In this document: one piece after another, positions 1-9,207 of the stretch
Numbering within the stretch: the first letter of the stretch is position 1
Layout: the number at the start of each line of letters is the position of its first letter
Origin: Candidatus Aminicenantes bacterium
Lineage (GTDB): Bacteria; Acidobacteriota; Aminicenantia; Aminicenantales; Aminicenantaceae
Assembly: GCA_029882525.1 (NCBI GenBank)
Contig: JAOUKO010000001.1
Span: 241-64,240, forward strand
Direction: 5' to 3'
DNA: 64,000 bases
The notes under the pieces: model-generated
Told to the model about the DNA's origin: nothing
Databases searched by the model: none
The model's input: the letters and a program-made list of their open reading frames with translations, nothing else
Made by a program: the position numbers and the translations under genes

Positions 1-16
1 GGAGGACTGAGGAGAA

Positions 17-613
17 TTGGTGCGCCGAGTTATTGGGTTACTTTCCAAGCCCCGACAGGAATGGACACGAATTAAGGAAGAATCCCTTCCGGCTTCCCGT
101 CTTTTTTTCTCCTATGCCCTGGCTTTAGCCTCGATTCCCCCCGTGTTTCGGTTCCTGGCGGGTCTCGTCTACGGTCATTACAAGAGACCTTATACGGGAT
201 GGAGCTGGACGATTGCTGGCAGAGAGCTTCTTTTTAGTGCTGCCGTCTACATCTTATCCTTGATGATCGTTTATCTATGGGCATGGATAATCTCCATCTT
301 TGGTACTGTTTTTTCTACCCGCTGCCTGAGAAGCGATTCTCTGAAGCTGGCGGTTTTGAGCATGAGCCCCTATTGGCTGGGAGGCGTGTTTTACTTCATC
401 CCTGAGGTTGGATGGGCCTTAAAGATCCTGGCGGGATCGTACGGATTTTATCTCCTCTATCTTGGTTTTGCTGTCTATTTCTTTGAGACTTCCAGAGGGA
501 AGCTTTTAGGGTATTTTGTGGTGAGCAGCTTGTTCGGCTTGATTCTCGTGGCCTATGTTGAAGTGTTCCTGAGACTCCTTTTTGCCTTCTGGGGAGTCTT
601 AAAGATCGGCTGA
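17..613 (+). CDS. Yip1-domain (DUF1282-like) multi-pass membrane protein
   Basis: 198 aa, about 5 predicted hydrophobic helices, N-terminal motif resembling bacterial Yip1-family proteins; paralog of 16632..17327. Confidence 0.45.
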   Translation: MVRRVIGLLSKPRQEWTRIKEESLPASRLFFSYALALASIPPVFRFLAGLVYGHYKRPYTGWSWTIAGRELLFSAAVYILSLMIVYLWAWIISIFGTVFSTRCLRSDSLKLAVLSMSPYWLGGVFYFIPEVGWALKILAGSYGFYLLYLGFAVYFFETSRGKLLGYFVVSSLFGLILVAYVEVFLRLLFAFWGVLKIG

Positions 614-1321
614 TTCCTCCAGGATTTTCATGAATGCTTCCTGGGGAGAAGGAGCTTCAGTGATCGGACGCCCGATAACCAAGTAGTCAGCGCCTTTCCG
701 GATGGCCAGCCCGGGCGTCATGATCCTCTTCTGGTCGTGAGCGTCTGACCAGGAAGGCCGGATACCAGGAGCAACGACTAGCAATTCCTTTCCTAATTCC
801 TTCTTGAGGATCTCGATTTCTTGAGGTGAACAGACGACTCCGTCCACACCGGCTTTTTGAGCCAGGTGGGCCAGTCTGAAGACCTGGGCAATAGTATCGG
901 GTACCATTCCGATCTCTTCGAGCTGTTCGTTTTTGAGGCTGGTCAGAATGGTCACAGCGAGAAGGAGGGGCTTTTCTGTTTTTTCTTTCTCTGCGGCTTC
1001 GAACGCTGATTCCACAGCCCTCATCATCATCTCTCCGCCTCCAGAGGAATGAAGGGTCAGCATGTGGGCGCCGTGCCTGACTGCGGATTTGACCGCATCC
1101 CCGACTGTGTTGGGTATGTCATGAAGTTTCAGGTCCAGAAAGACTTTTTTCCCCAGGTTTTGGATTACATCGAGCAGTGGAGGCCCTTCTGCTGTGAAGA
1201 GTTTGAGTCCCACCTTAAAGATCTCCACGCCTTCAAGCTTATTGATGAGAGTCAGGGCATCCTTTTTTGTGCCCACATCCAGGGCGACTATTATTCTCCT
1301 GGCCATATCTTCTTTGTTCAT
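599..1321 (-). CDS. pyrF: orotidine 5'-phosphate decarboxylase
   Basis: Motifs IIVALD, KVGLKLF, DLKLHDIPNTV, VIGRPI typical of OMP decarboxylase; ATG at 1321 preceded by GGAAGGAGG RBS (the ORF-track start at 1351 is TTG without RBS). Confidence 0.85.
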   Translation of the reverse strand: MNKEDMARRIIVALDVGTKKDALTLINKLEGVEIFKVGLKLFTAEGPPLLDVIQNLGKKVFLDLKLHDIPNTVGDAVKSAVRHGAHMLTLHSSGGGEMMMRAVESAFEAAEKEKTEKPLLLAVTILTSLKNEQLEEIGMVPDTIAQVFRLAHLAQKAGVDGVVCSPQEIEILKKELGKELLVVAPGIRPSWSDAHDQKRIMTPGLAIRKGADYLVIGRPITEAPSPQEAFMKILEESADL

Positions 1322-1399
1322 CCTGGCCCTCCTTCCAAGATTTTCTTTCAAGCCGTGTACCGATTAAGGTTATGTCTTTATCCTGCACATGGCTGGGGC

Positions 1400-2311
1400 T
1401 CAGGTTCTCAGACTCCCGATGAGTGTCTCGATCCTGTCTATTCCCATTTTCTGGCAGTATCCGTTCAACTCATCGATGATCCTCTTCGTGGCTTCAGGGT
1501 CGACAAAATTGGCTGTACCCACTTCCACGGCTTTGGCCCCTGCGATCAGGAATTCGAGTGCGTCATTTCCCTCCAGGATTCCACCCATGCCGATCACGGG
1601 GATATTTACCCGGCTGGCCACCTGGTGAACCATCCGCAGGGCGATGGGTTTGATGGCTGGACCGCTCAGCCCGCCATAGACATTGGCCAGCTTCGGCCTT
1701 CTTGTTTCTGTATCCACTGCCAAGGCCAGGAATGTGTTCACCAGTGAAATGGCGTCCGACCCTGCCTCTTGAGCGCTGAGGGCAATCTCCAGGATATCTG
1801 TCACATTGGGAGAAAGCTTGGTGATGAGAGGCCGGGAGCTGATTTTCCGGACCAGACTGACCGCAGAAAAGGTCGCTTCAGGACTTAAGGCCGGACAGAG
1901 CCCGTCCTTTTTCACGTTGGGGCAGGAGATGTTCAACTCATAGGCGGAAATGCCTTCTTTCTTATCCAGGAACTCAACAACAGAGCCATATTCTTCTTCG
2001 CTCTCCCCGCAGACGTTGACAATTATGGCTGTGTCGTATTTCCGTATCCGGGGAAGAACCTCCTCTGAGAATCTTTCCACGCCGATTCCCGGGAGCCCGA
2101 TGGCGTTGATCAACCCGCTTGACGCCTCGGCCAGCCGAGGCGGTGCGTTTCCTTCTCTTGGAGAGAAATAAAGGCCTTTGACTACAAATCCTCCCAGAAG
2201 ATTCAGGTCGATGAAAGGCTCGAATTCAAGGCCGTACCCGAAGGTGCCGCTGGCCGCGATCACGGGATTCTTGAGTTTAATAAAGCCGAGGTCGACCGAG
2301 AGGTCTGTCAT
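1400..2311 (-). CDS. pyrD: dihydroorotate dehydrogenase (class 1B) catalytic subunit
   Basis: N-terminus MTDLSVDLGFIKLKNPVIAASGTFGYG and NISCPN FMN-site motif; ATG at 2311 overlaps pyrK stop (ATGA). Confidence 0.85.
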   Translation of the reverse strand: MTDLSVDLGFIKLKNPVIAASGTFGYGLEFEPFIDLNLLGGFVVKGLYFSPREGNAPPRLAEASSGLINAIGLPGIGVERFSEEVLPRIRKYDTAIIVNVCGESEEEYGSVVEFLDKKEGISAYELNISCPNVKKDGLCPALSPEATFSAVSLVRKISSRPLITKLSPNVTDILEIALSAQEAGSDAISLVNTFLALAVDTETRRPKLANVYGGLSGPAIKPIALRMVHQVASRVNIPVIGMGGILEGNDALEFLIAGAKAVEVGTANFVDPEATKRIIDELNGYCQKMGIDRIETLIGSLRT

Positions 2312-3129
2312 CCTTCCTCTTCTTCCCAAACGATTTCTTCGGCGGGAAAGACCGGGCCTTCTTCGCAGATTTTCACCAACTCCTCTCCATCGCCTCTCTT
2401 GATTCTCTTCACACAGCCCCAGCAGGCTCCAAACCCGCAGCCCATCACTGATTCCAGCGAGAATTCCGCCGGTATACTCTTTTGCCGGGCGGTACCAGAG
2501 ATTTTTTTCATCATCGGCTCAGGGCCGCAGGCAAATATGCGCGCGGGGGTGAACTTTTTCAGTTCGGCTTTAAGGAGATCGCTGACAAATCCTTTGAACC
2601 CGAACGATCCGTCATCCGTGGAACAAGAGATATCGAAGCCCTGTTTCTCTAGATTTTCTCTTAGAGGGAGGTCGGCCCGGGTTTTCCCGCCGTAAAATAT
2701 CCTGCTCGCAGCTCCTGAGGACCGGAGTTCCTGAGCCAGAAAGTATAAGGGGGCAATTCCTCGCCCGCCGCCGACCAGAGCCACGGCCTTTCCCTTGAGC
2801 TCTGCCTCAGCTTTAAAACCATTCCCCAGAGGGCCGAGGATATCGAGGGTTTCGTCCGTGTTCTTTTGACTCAAGAGGTCTGTTCCCAGGCCGGCAACCT
2901 GAAAGAAGATCTCGATGGTCTTTCCGTTTTTGGAGTGGATGCTGAACGGACGCCGGAGAAGGGGGTGGTGATGGGCGTTGATCCGGACCATGATAAACTG
3001 GCCGGGCCGGGATCGGTCCGCAATTCGGGGGGATTCGAGTCTCATCAGGAAATAGTCCCTCCAGCTTTCTTTACCGACTATCCGTGCTCGAGGGTCTTTG
3101 ATCATTCGCCCGGGTGAATACCCAGACAA
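2308..3129 (-). CDS. pyrK: dihydroorotate dehydrogenase electron-transfer subunit (FAD/2Fe-2S)
   Basis: PGQFIMV, RRPFSI, GGGRGIAPL, C-terminal CGFGACWGC cluster motif; translationally coupled to pyrD; start uncertain (TTG 3129 or ATG 3105). Confidence 0.8.
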   Translation of the reverse strand: MSGYSPGRMIKDPRARIVGKESWRDYFLMRLESPRIADRSRPGQFIMVRINAHHHPLLRRPFSIHSKNGKTIEIFFQVAGLGTDLLSQKNTDETLDILGPLGNGFKAEAELKGKAVALVGGGRGIAPLYFLAQELRSSGAASRIFYGGKTRADLPLRENLEKQGFDISCSTDDGSFGFKGFVSDLLKAELKKFTPARIFACGPEPMMKKISGTARQKSIPAEFSLESVMGCGFGACWGCVKRIKRGDGEELVKICEEGPVFPAEEIVWEEEEG

Positions 3130-3237
3130 AAATATCAGAATCTCTACCCTATGGCAATAAAAACTTTGACAACATTATTCCGTTTGGATAATAATCAAAT
3201 CTCCCCCGATTCATAATCATACTGGGAGGAATCATCA

Positions 3238-4434
3238 ATGGATATTTCCAAAAGGGGTCAAGAAATCCAGCCTTCCCCCATAAGAAAGCTCAAGCCTTAT
3301 GCGGATGAAGCGCTGGAACGGGGAATTCACGTCTATTTCCTGAACATCGGGCAGCCCGATATTCCCACGCCGCAGCCGATCATGGACGCCTTCCACAATT
3401 ACAACGAGAAAGTTCTGAGCTATGGACCGGCACAGGGATTTCTCGAATTAAGGCAGGCCATTGCTGGCTATTTCCGCTCTTACGACATCCCCATCGACTC
3501 GGAGAATGTGGTCATCACCATCGGCGGCTCTGAGGCCATCCATTTTTCCTTCAGCGCAGTGGCCGACCCGGGAGATGAGATCATCATTCCTGAGCCGTTC
3601 TACACCAACTATAACGGATACGCGGCCTTCGCCAGCGTCAAGATCGTTCCCCTCACCCTGCGGGTTGAGGATGGGTTTCGCCTTCCGCCAACAGAAGAGA
3701 TCGAAGCCAGGATCACTCCCCGGACAAGGGCGATTCTGCTCTGCTCTCCGAATAATCCCACCGGAACCGTATACACGCCTGAGGAACTGGAGAGGGTCAC
3801 TGCTGTTGTGAAGAAGCATGACCTGTTCTTGATCGGAGACGAAGTCTACAAGGAATTCGTTTACGACGGCGGGACGCACAAGAGCGTTCTGGAGTACGAA
3901 GAGATCAAAGAGAGGGTCATTGTCGTCGACAGCATATCCAAGCGTTTCAGCAGTTGCGGTGCCCGGGTGGGCGCGGTCATCACCTGGAATGAGGATGTGT
4001 ACCAGGCCGTCCTCAAGTTTGCCCAAGCCCGTCTCTGCCCTCCTTCAGTTGAACAGAAAGCCGCGCTTGCGGCCTACCAGATGGGCCTGGATTATTTTCA
4101 GCCTGTTAAAGAAGAGTACCAGAAAAGGAGAGATGTTCTGTTCGATGGCTTGAAGGACATCCCGGGGATCGTCATCCATAAACCCCAGGGCGCTTTCTAT
4201 ATCATCGTCAGGCTGCCGATCAAGGATTGTGAGCATTTTGTCCAATGGATGCTTACCGATTTTCACCATAACCAGGAAACGGTGATGGTGGCTCCAGCCC
4301 AGGGTTTCTACTGCACGCCCGGCAGAGGCAAGGATGAGGTGCGCATAGCCTACGTGCTCAAGGAGGAGGATCTGAAGCGGGCCATCGTCGTCTTCAAGGA
4401 AGGACTGAGGAAGTACCAGAGCCTGTTTTTGTAA
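3238..4434 (+). CDS. PLP-dependent aminotransferase class I/II (aspartate aminotransferase-like)
   Basis: 398 aa; PIRKL, LNIGQPD, conserved SKRF lysine region; GGGAGG RBS 8 nt upstream. Confidence 0.75.
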   Translation: MDISKRGQEIQPSPIRKLKPYADEALERGIHVYFLNIGQPDIPTPQPIMDAFHNYNEKVLSYGPAQGFLELRQAIAGYFRSYDIPIDSENVVITIGGSEAIHFSFSAVADPGDEIIIPEPFYTNYNGYAAFASVKIVPLTLRVEDGFRLPPTEEIEARITPRTRAILLCSPNNPTGTVYTPEELERVTAVVKKHDLFLIGDEVYKEFVYDGGTHKSVLEYEEIKERVIVVDSISKRFSSCGARVGAVITWNEDVYQAVLKFAQARLCPPSVEQKAALAAYQMGLDYFQPVKEEYQKRRDVLFDGLKDIPGIVIHKPQGAFYIIVRLPIKDCEHFVQWMLTDFHHNQETVMVAPAQGFYCTPGRGKDEVRIAYVLKEEDLKRAIVVFKEGLRKYQSLFL

Positions 4435-4637
4435 ACCTTGAACCGTTCCTTAGCCGTTAAGTAGCCTGAATGGCACTAGCGGCAGGTTGAATACAGTATT
4501 GAGGGGGCACATAACGACAGGCCCCGTCCCGCTTTCTATCCGCAATTTCGGCTCATCCACTTTACTTGAGAGACCATCTCAAATTCAGTGATAATGGAGT
4601 GCTCGGGCAGAATTCTTACCTCACGAAAGCACCTCTA

Positions 4638-4806
4638 TTTCCGTAATAATTAATAATGAAGGTGCAGTCTGTTACAGCGACGGTTCCCCTCCATCCTTGC
4701 CAAGACCCTCCCCCCCTCCTCCATGGGCTTCGGATGGAGAGGAACCGTCGCTGCACTTCCCCATTAGCTCAGATGTTTTCCTTATCACGGAAACAGAGAT
4801 GCTTGC
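4638..4806 (+). repeat. Family-A intergenic hairpin element, copy 1 (arms 4677-4696 / 4732-4751)
   Basis: Shares >80% identity with elements at 8608-8777, 12140-11779(-), 23905-24156, 37321-37500; inverted repeat gcgacggttcccctccatcc / ggatggagaggaaccgtcgc with conserved loop gccaagaccctccc..ccatgggcttc. Confidence 0.8.
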
Positions 4807-4815
4807 TTACCTTAC

Positions 4816-4844
4816 TTGAATTTTGAAAGCGATGTGTGTATAGT
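4816..4844 (+). promoter_or_regulatory. sigma-70-type promoter for ppdK (TTGAAT-17bp-TGnTATAGT)
   Basis: -35 TTGAAT 4816-4821, 17-bp spacer, extended -10 TGTGTATAGT ending 4844, 30 nt upstream of RBS GAGAGGAG. Confidence 0.5.
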
Positions 4845-4873
4845 TTTGGTTTAATTTAGAGAGGAGATTTAAG

Positions 4874-7603
4874 ATGGCAAAAAGACACGTGTACTTTTTC
4901 GGAAAAGATCGCGCCGAAGGCAACAGGGACATGAAGGAAATCCTCGGCGGGAAAGGAGCGAACCTGGCGGAGATGGCTGGGATCGGCCTGCCCGTTCCCC
5001 CTGGTTTTACCGTTTCCACCGATGTCTGCATCTCTTACTCTAAGCTGGGAAACAAAATCCCGCCTGAAGTGGAAAGAGAAATACTGGACAATTTGAAGAA
5101 ACTGGAGGATCAGACCGGGCAGAAATTCGGAGGAGAAGAGAATCCCCTCCTTGTCTCCGTTCGTTCAGGGGCCAAGTTTTCCATGCCCGGGATGATGGAT
5201 ACTGTCTTGAACCTGGGCCTGAATGACAAAACCCTCGAGACTTTGGCCAACAGGAGCGGTGACAGACGGTTTGCCCTGGACTGTTACCGCCGTTTGATAC
5301 ACATGTTTGGGGATGTCGTGCTGGGAGTCTCCAAAAAGAAATTTGAGGAGATCCTGAAGAAAAAGAAAGAGGAGAAAAAGGTTGTCCAGGATAATGAGCT
5401 TTCAGAGCATGCCCTTCAGGAGGTGATCGCTGACTACAAGCGATTGATTAAAAAAGAAACAGGAAAAGAGTTCCCTCAGGATGTCAAAGAGCAGCTGCTG
5501 ATGTCCATTTCTGCTGTGTTTGAATCCTGGAACAACCCTCGTGCCGTGACTTACCGCCGGTTGAATCACATCCCCGATGACCTGGGCACAGCTGTCAACG
5601 TCCAGCAGATGGTTTTCGGGAATATCGGTGAGGACTCGGCGACAGGAGTCGGTTTCACCAGGGACCCTGCGACAGGGGAAAAGGAACTTTACGGCGAATA
5701 TCTCTTCAACGCCCAGGGCGAAGACGTTGTGGCGGGCGTCCGAACTCCTTCTTCTCTGAAATCATTGGAGAAGGAAATGCCCTCTGCCTACAAGGAGCTC
5801 AGCGAGATCACCACCCGGTTGGAGAAGCATTACCAGGATGTTCAGGATTTCGAGTTCACCATCCAGGAAGGCAAGCTTTATATGCTTCAGACGAGAAGCG
5901 GCAAGAGGACAGGCTTGGCTGCGGTGAAGATAGCGGTGGACATGGTTGAGGAAGGCCTTGTCAGCAAAGAGCAGGCTCTTCTGATGGTGGAGCCCGAGGC
6001 TTTGAACCAGCTTCTTCATCCTGTCTTTGATGTGGCGGAAAAGCAGAAGCATGAAGTCCTTGCCCGGGGATTGGCGGCTTCACCGGGTGCGGCCGCAGGA
6101 CAGGTGGTCTTCACTGCCGAGGAGGCTGTGACCTGGGCCAAACAGGGAAAGAAGGTGATTCTGGTTCGGGAAGAGACATCCCCTGATGATATTCATGGAA
6201 TGAGCGCCTCCCAGGGGATTCTGACGGCTACGGGCGGCATGACCTCGCACGCGGCTGTAGTCGGACGGCAGATGGGAAAGCCGGCAGTGGTCGGATGCGG
6301 AAACATCAAGCCTGATGAGGAACAGAAATTCTTCACTGTGGGGAAGACCCGCTGCAAGGAAGGAGACTGGATTTCCATCGACGGGACCTTAGGGGAAGTA
6401 CTGGAAGGAAAGATCAAGACTCAACCCTCAGAGGTCATCCAGGTTGTCAGAGGGGGAAAAAAACCCGAAGAGTCAAGATTATACCAGGATTTCACAAAAT
6501 TCCTCTCCTGGGCGGATGAGGTGAGAAAGCTGGGAGTCAGAGCGAACTCGGATACTCCTGAGGATGCCCGGACAGCCCTCGCTTTTGGAGCAGAGGGAAT
6601 CGGGCTGGCCCGGACCGAGCACATGTTTTTCGAGAAGAAAAGGCTGCCTTTCATGAAAGAGATGATTCTCTCTCAGGAAGAGAATGAAAGGCGGAAAGCT
6701 CTGGATAATCTTTTGCCCTTCCAGAAAGAGGATTTCTACGGGCTGTTCAAGGCCATGAAAGGCCATCCGGTCACCATCCGCACGCTCGACCCGCCTCTCC
6801 ATGAATTTCTTCCCCGTAAGGAAGACCTCATGGTTGAGATGGCCGAACTGAAAGCCTCTGGAAGCAAAGACGAGAAAAAGATCAAAGAATTAGAGAAACT
6901 GCTCGAGCGGGTGAAAAGCCTCTCCGAGTTCAATCCCATGCTCGGCCACAGGGGTTGCCGTTTGGGAATCTCCTATCCCGAGATCATCGAAATGCAGGCG
7001 ACTGCCATTTTTGAGGCCGTCTGCCAGTTGCTCAAGGAAGGAGAGAAGGTCTATCCCGAGATCATGGTTCCGCTGGTGGGAACGAAGGAAGAGCTCGCTA
7101 ACCAGAAGCAGATCCTTCAGCGGGTGGCTGAAGAGGTGATGAAAAAGAACAAGGTCAAGGTGGACTATTCGATAGGCACCATGATCGAGATTCCAAGAGC
7201 AGCCATCACTGCTGATGAGATTGCCGAGGAGGCCGAGTTCTTCTCATTCGGGACCAATGACCTGACGCAAATGGTTTTCGGAGTCTCCCGGGATGATGGA
7301 GCTGAATTCCTTGCTTACTACATCGCCCACGGTATCTTGAAGAACAATCCCTTTGAGACCGTTGATGTCGATGGAGTGGGTGAGCTCATGAGATGGGCCG
7401 TAGAGAAAGGCCGGAAGACCAGGCCTGACCTAAAGATCGGGATCTGCGGTGTCCACGGAGGTGATCCCCGGTCCGTGTTCTTCTGTCATAAGATCGGCCT
7501 TAACTATGTGAGCTGTTCCGCCTACCAGGTTCCCATAGCTCGCCTGGCTGCGGCCCAGGTTGCATTGATGGAAAAGACCGGAGAAGTTCTGATCGGGGAA
7601 TAG
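4874..7603 (+). CDS. ppdK: pyruvate, phosphate dikinase
   Basis: 909 aa; N-terminal KRHVYFFGKD..GGKGANLAEM, central TGGMTSHAAVVGR phospho-histidine motif, C-terminal PEP-utilising domain. Confidence 0.9.
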   Translation: MAKRHVYFFGKDRAEGNRDMKEILGGKGANLAEMAGIGLPVPPGFTVSTDVCISYSKLGNKIPPEVEREILDNLKKLEDQTGQKFGGEENPLLVSVRSGAKFSMPGMMDTVLNLGLNDKTLETLANRSGDRRFALDCYRRLIHMFGDVVLGVSKKKFEEILKKKKEEKKVVQDNELSEHALQEVIADYKRLIKKETGKEFPQDVKEQLLMSISAVFESWNNPRAVTYRRLNHIPDDLGTAVNVQQMVFGNIGEDSATGVGFTRDPATGEKELYGEYLFNAQGEDVVAGVRTPSSLKSLEKEMPSAYKELSEITTRLEKHYQDVQDFEFTIQEGKLYMLQTRSGKRTGLAAVKIAVDMVEEGLVSKEQALLMVEPEALNQLLHPVFDVAEKQKHEVLARGLAASPGAAAGQVVFTAEEAVTWAKQGKKVILVREETSPDDIHGMSASQGILTATGGMTSHAAVVGRQMGKPAVVGCGNIKPDEEQKFFTVGKTRCKEGDWISIDGTLGEVLEGKIKTQPSEVIQVVRGGKKPEESRLYQDFTKFLSWADEVRKLGVRANSDTPEDARTALAFGAEGIGLARTEHMFFEKKRLPFMKEMILSQEENERRKALDNLLPFQKEDFYGLFKAMKGHPVTIRTLDPPLHEFLPRKEDLMVEMAELKASGSKDEKKIKELEKLLERVKSLSEFNPMLGHRGCRLGISYPEIIEMQATAIFEAVCQLLKEGEKVYPEIMVPLVGTKEELANQKQILQRVAEEVMKKNKVKVDYSIGTMIEIPRAAITADEIAEEAEFFSFGTNDLTQMVFGVSRDDGAEFLAYYIAHGILKNNPFETVDVDGVGELMRWAVEKGRKTRPDLKIGICGVHGGDPRSVFFCHKIGLNYVSCSAYQVPIARLAAAQVALMEKTGEVLIGE

Positions 7604-7618
7604 CTGATCGTGGGACTT

Positions 7619-8473
7619 CTATCTTAATCTCCTCTCCAGCTCCCTGATTTTCGCCTCAGTCTGGATGATGTAGACGGAATAGGAATCCGGAGCGTACTCC
7701 AGAAAATCCTTGAAGTCTGCCAGAGCCTCTTCTAGCTTTCCGAGTTGTTCGTAAGCAAAGCCTCGCCCCGAGTAGGCAAGGGCAAAGCTCGGGTCCAGCT
7801 CAAGAGCTTTGGTGAAATCCGATATCGCTTCTTCAAACTTCCCTGTCATGAAATAAGCATTCCCTCGGTTGTTGTAATTGACCACGACAGTCGGGTCCAG
7901 CTCGAGGGATCTGGTGTAGTCTGATAAGGCATTGTCGAATTGTTGAATGCTCTTATAGGCCAGCCCGCGGTTGCTGAAAGCGTAGATTTGGTCGGGGTTT
8001 ATCTCGATGGCTTTCGTGTAGGCCTTGATGGCTTCATCAAAAAGTCTGGTTTCCAGGTATAAATCTCCCATATAGAGATAGGCGGTGTCGTTCTCCGGGT
8101 TGAGCTTGATGACTGTGGTGTAATCCAGGACGGCTCTATCGTATCTTTGAATATCTTTATAGGCAACGCCCCGGTTGATGTAGACGTCGATAAAGTTAGG
8201 GTCGAGATCGAGCGCCTTGGTATAGTCTGAGATGGCTTCAATATGCTTTTCCAGTTTATGGTAGGCTCCTCCCCTGTTGTTATAGGCGGTGGCGTCATCG
8301 GGATTCTGTTCGATGGACCTGGTGTACTCTTGGATATCCTTGACGACCTGTTCAGCGGTCATTGCTGCTGCATCTTCTGTGTTGCTTTTCTCGGATTTGC
8401 TTCTGCATCCAGAAGAAATAGACAAAAGGATTGTGGCGGTCAGGATCAGAAGGAAAAACGTGAATTTATTCAC
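7619..8473 (-). CDS. TPR-repeat lipoprotein
   Basis: GTG start; signal peptide with lipobox ISSGC; about 7 tandem 34-aa TPR units (AYNNRG.AY...A..DY..AL.L.P). Confidence 0.6.
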   Translation of the reverse strand: MNKFTFFLLILTATILLSISSGCRSKSEKSNTEDAAAMTAEQVVKDIQEYTRSIEQNPDDATAYNNRGGAYHKLEKHIEAISDYTKALDLDPNFIDVYINRGVAYKDIQRYDRAVLDYTTVIKLNPENDTAYLYMGDLYLETRLFDEAIKAYTKAIEINPDQIYAFSNRGLAYKSIQQFDNALSDYTRSLELDPTVVVNYNNRGNAYFMTGKFEEAISDFTKALELDPSFALAYSGRGFAYEQLGKLEEALADFKDFLEYAPDSYSVYIIQTEAKIRELERRLR

Positions 8474-8607
8474 TCATTCCTCTATTACAAGGAATCTCTG
8501 CTTGGAGTCTATCATATCGTTCCTGTGTGTTCAATTCTATACGGTTTTAAATAGTTTTCACCAGTGTTCATTTCGAATCCGCGATTCTCGTTTTCCGGAA
8601 GCATCTT

Positions 8608-8777
8608 TTTTTCCGTGACAGTTAATAATGAAGGTGTAATCTGTCACGGTGCCGGTTCCCCTCCATCCTCGCCAAGACCCTCCCACCCTCCTTCATGGGC
8701 TTCGGATAGAGGGGAACCGGCGCCGCACTTCTCAATTGGTCGAATATTTCCCTCATCACGGAGATAGAGATGCTTTC
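8608..8777 (+). repeat. Family-A intergenic hairpin element, copy 2
   Basis: Aligns along its length with copy 1; stem mismatch displaced relative to copy 1 (stem preserved). Confidence 0.8.
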
Positions 8778-9207
8778 TCGTTTTCCTTGAAGTTTGACGT
8801 CCATCCAGGAGTGTGCTATTTTTCTTATTCTGAAGGATTTCCTCAGACCCGAGTTCCAAAAGGCCATGAACAGGTTTTTTTCCATGCTCTTAAACCTGAC
8901 ATCTTTAAGCAAGTCACTCCCTTGGAACAAAATCACTGCTCCTGAACTGGACTCCAAGCTGATCGAACGACTTAAGTCCCTCGGCTGCATCAAGGAGAGA
9001 TGAACGGGAGCAGCCCCCGAGAAATTTGATTTTAATTGATCTGCATCGTTTATTATTATAGAGATGTATGGAATGCGGGCTTGGACGGGTTGCCCAGACT
9101 GATGAGCGGCCTGAAATTCATCCTTTATCAGGTTGATTGATATAGATTCATCAAAATTTAAGCTTAGCTTTACGACCGCTGGTTTTTTTGTTATTTAATA
9201 TTGTCAC

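Noticed and set aside
1049-1747. 232-aa ORF on + strand
   Set aside because: Lies entirely antisense to pyrF and pyrD, and has no homology pattern or RBS. It is a shadow ORF.
3448-4026. 192-aa minus-strand ORF
   Set aside because: Antisense within the aminotransferase gene, with no motif support.
4677-4751. Family-A hairpins as simple rho-independent terminators
   Set aside because: There is no U-tract after the stem, and the stem-loop is embedded in a longer conserved element. All five copies are co-oriented with the downstream gene, including in divergent promoter regions with no upstream gene to terminate.
8622-8993. 123-aa minus-strand ORF and 69-aa plus ORF 8794..9003 in the TPR-lipoprotein/HDAC intergenic region
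   Set aside because: The first overlaps the family-A repeat, so part of its protein is translated repeat, and it has no RBS. The second starts at TTG without an RBS. There is not enough support to call either.
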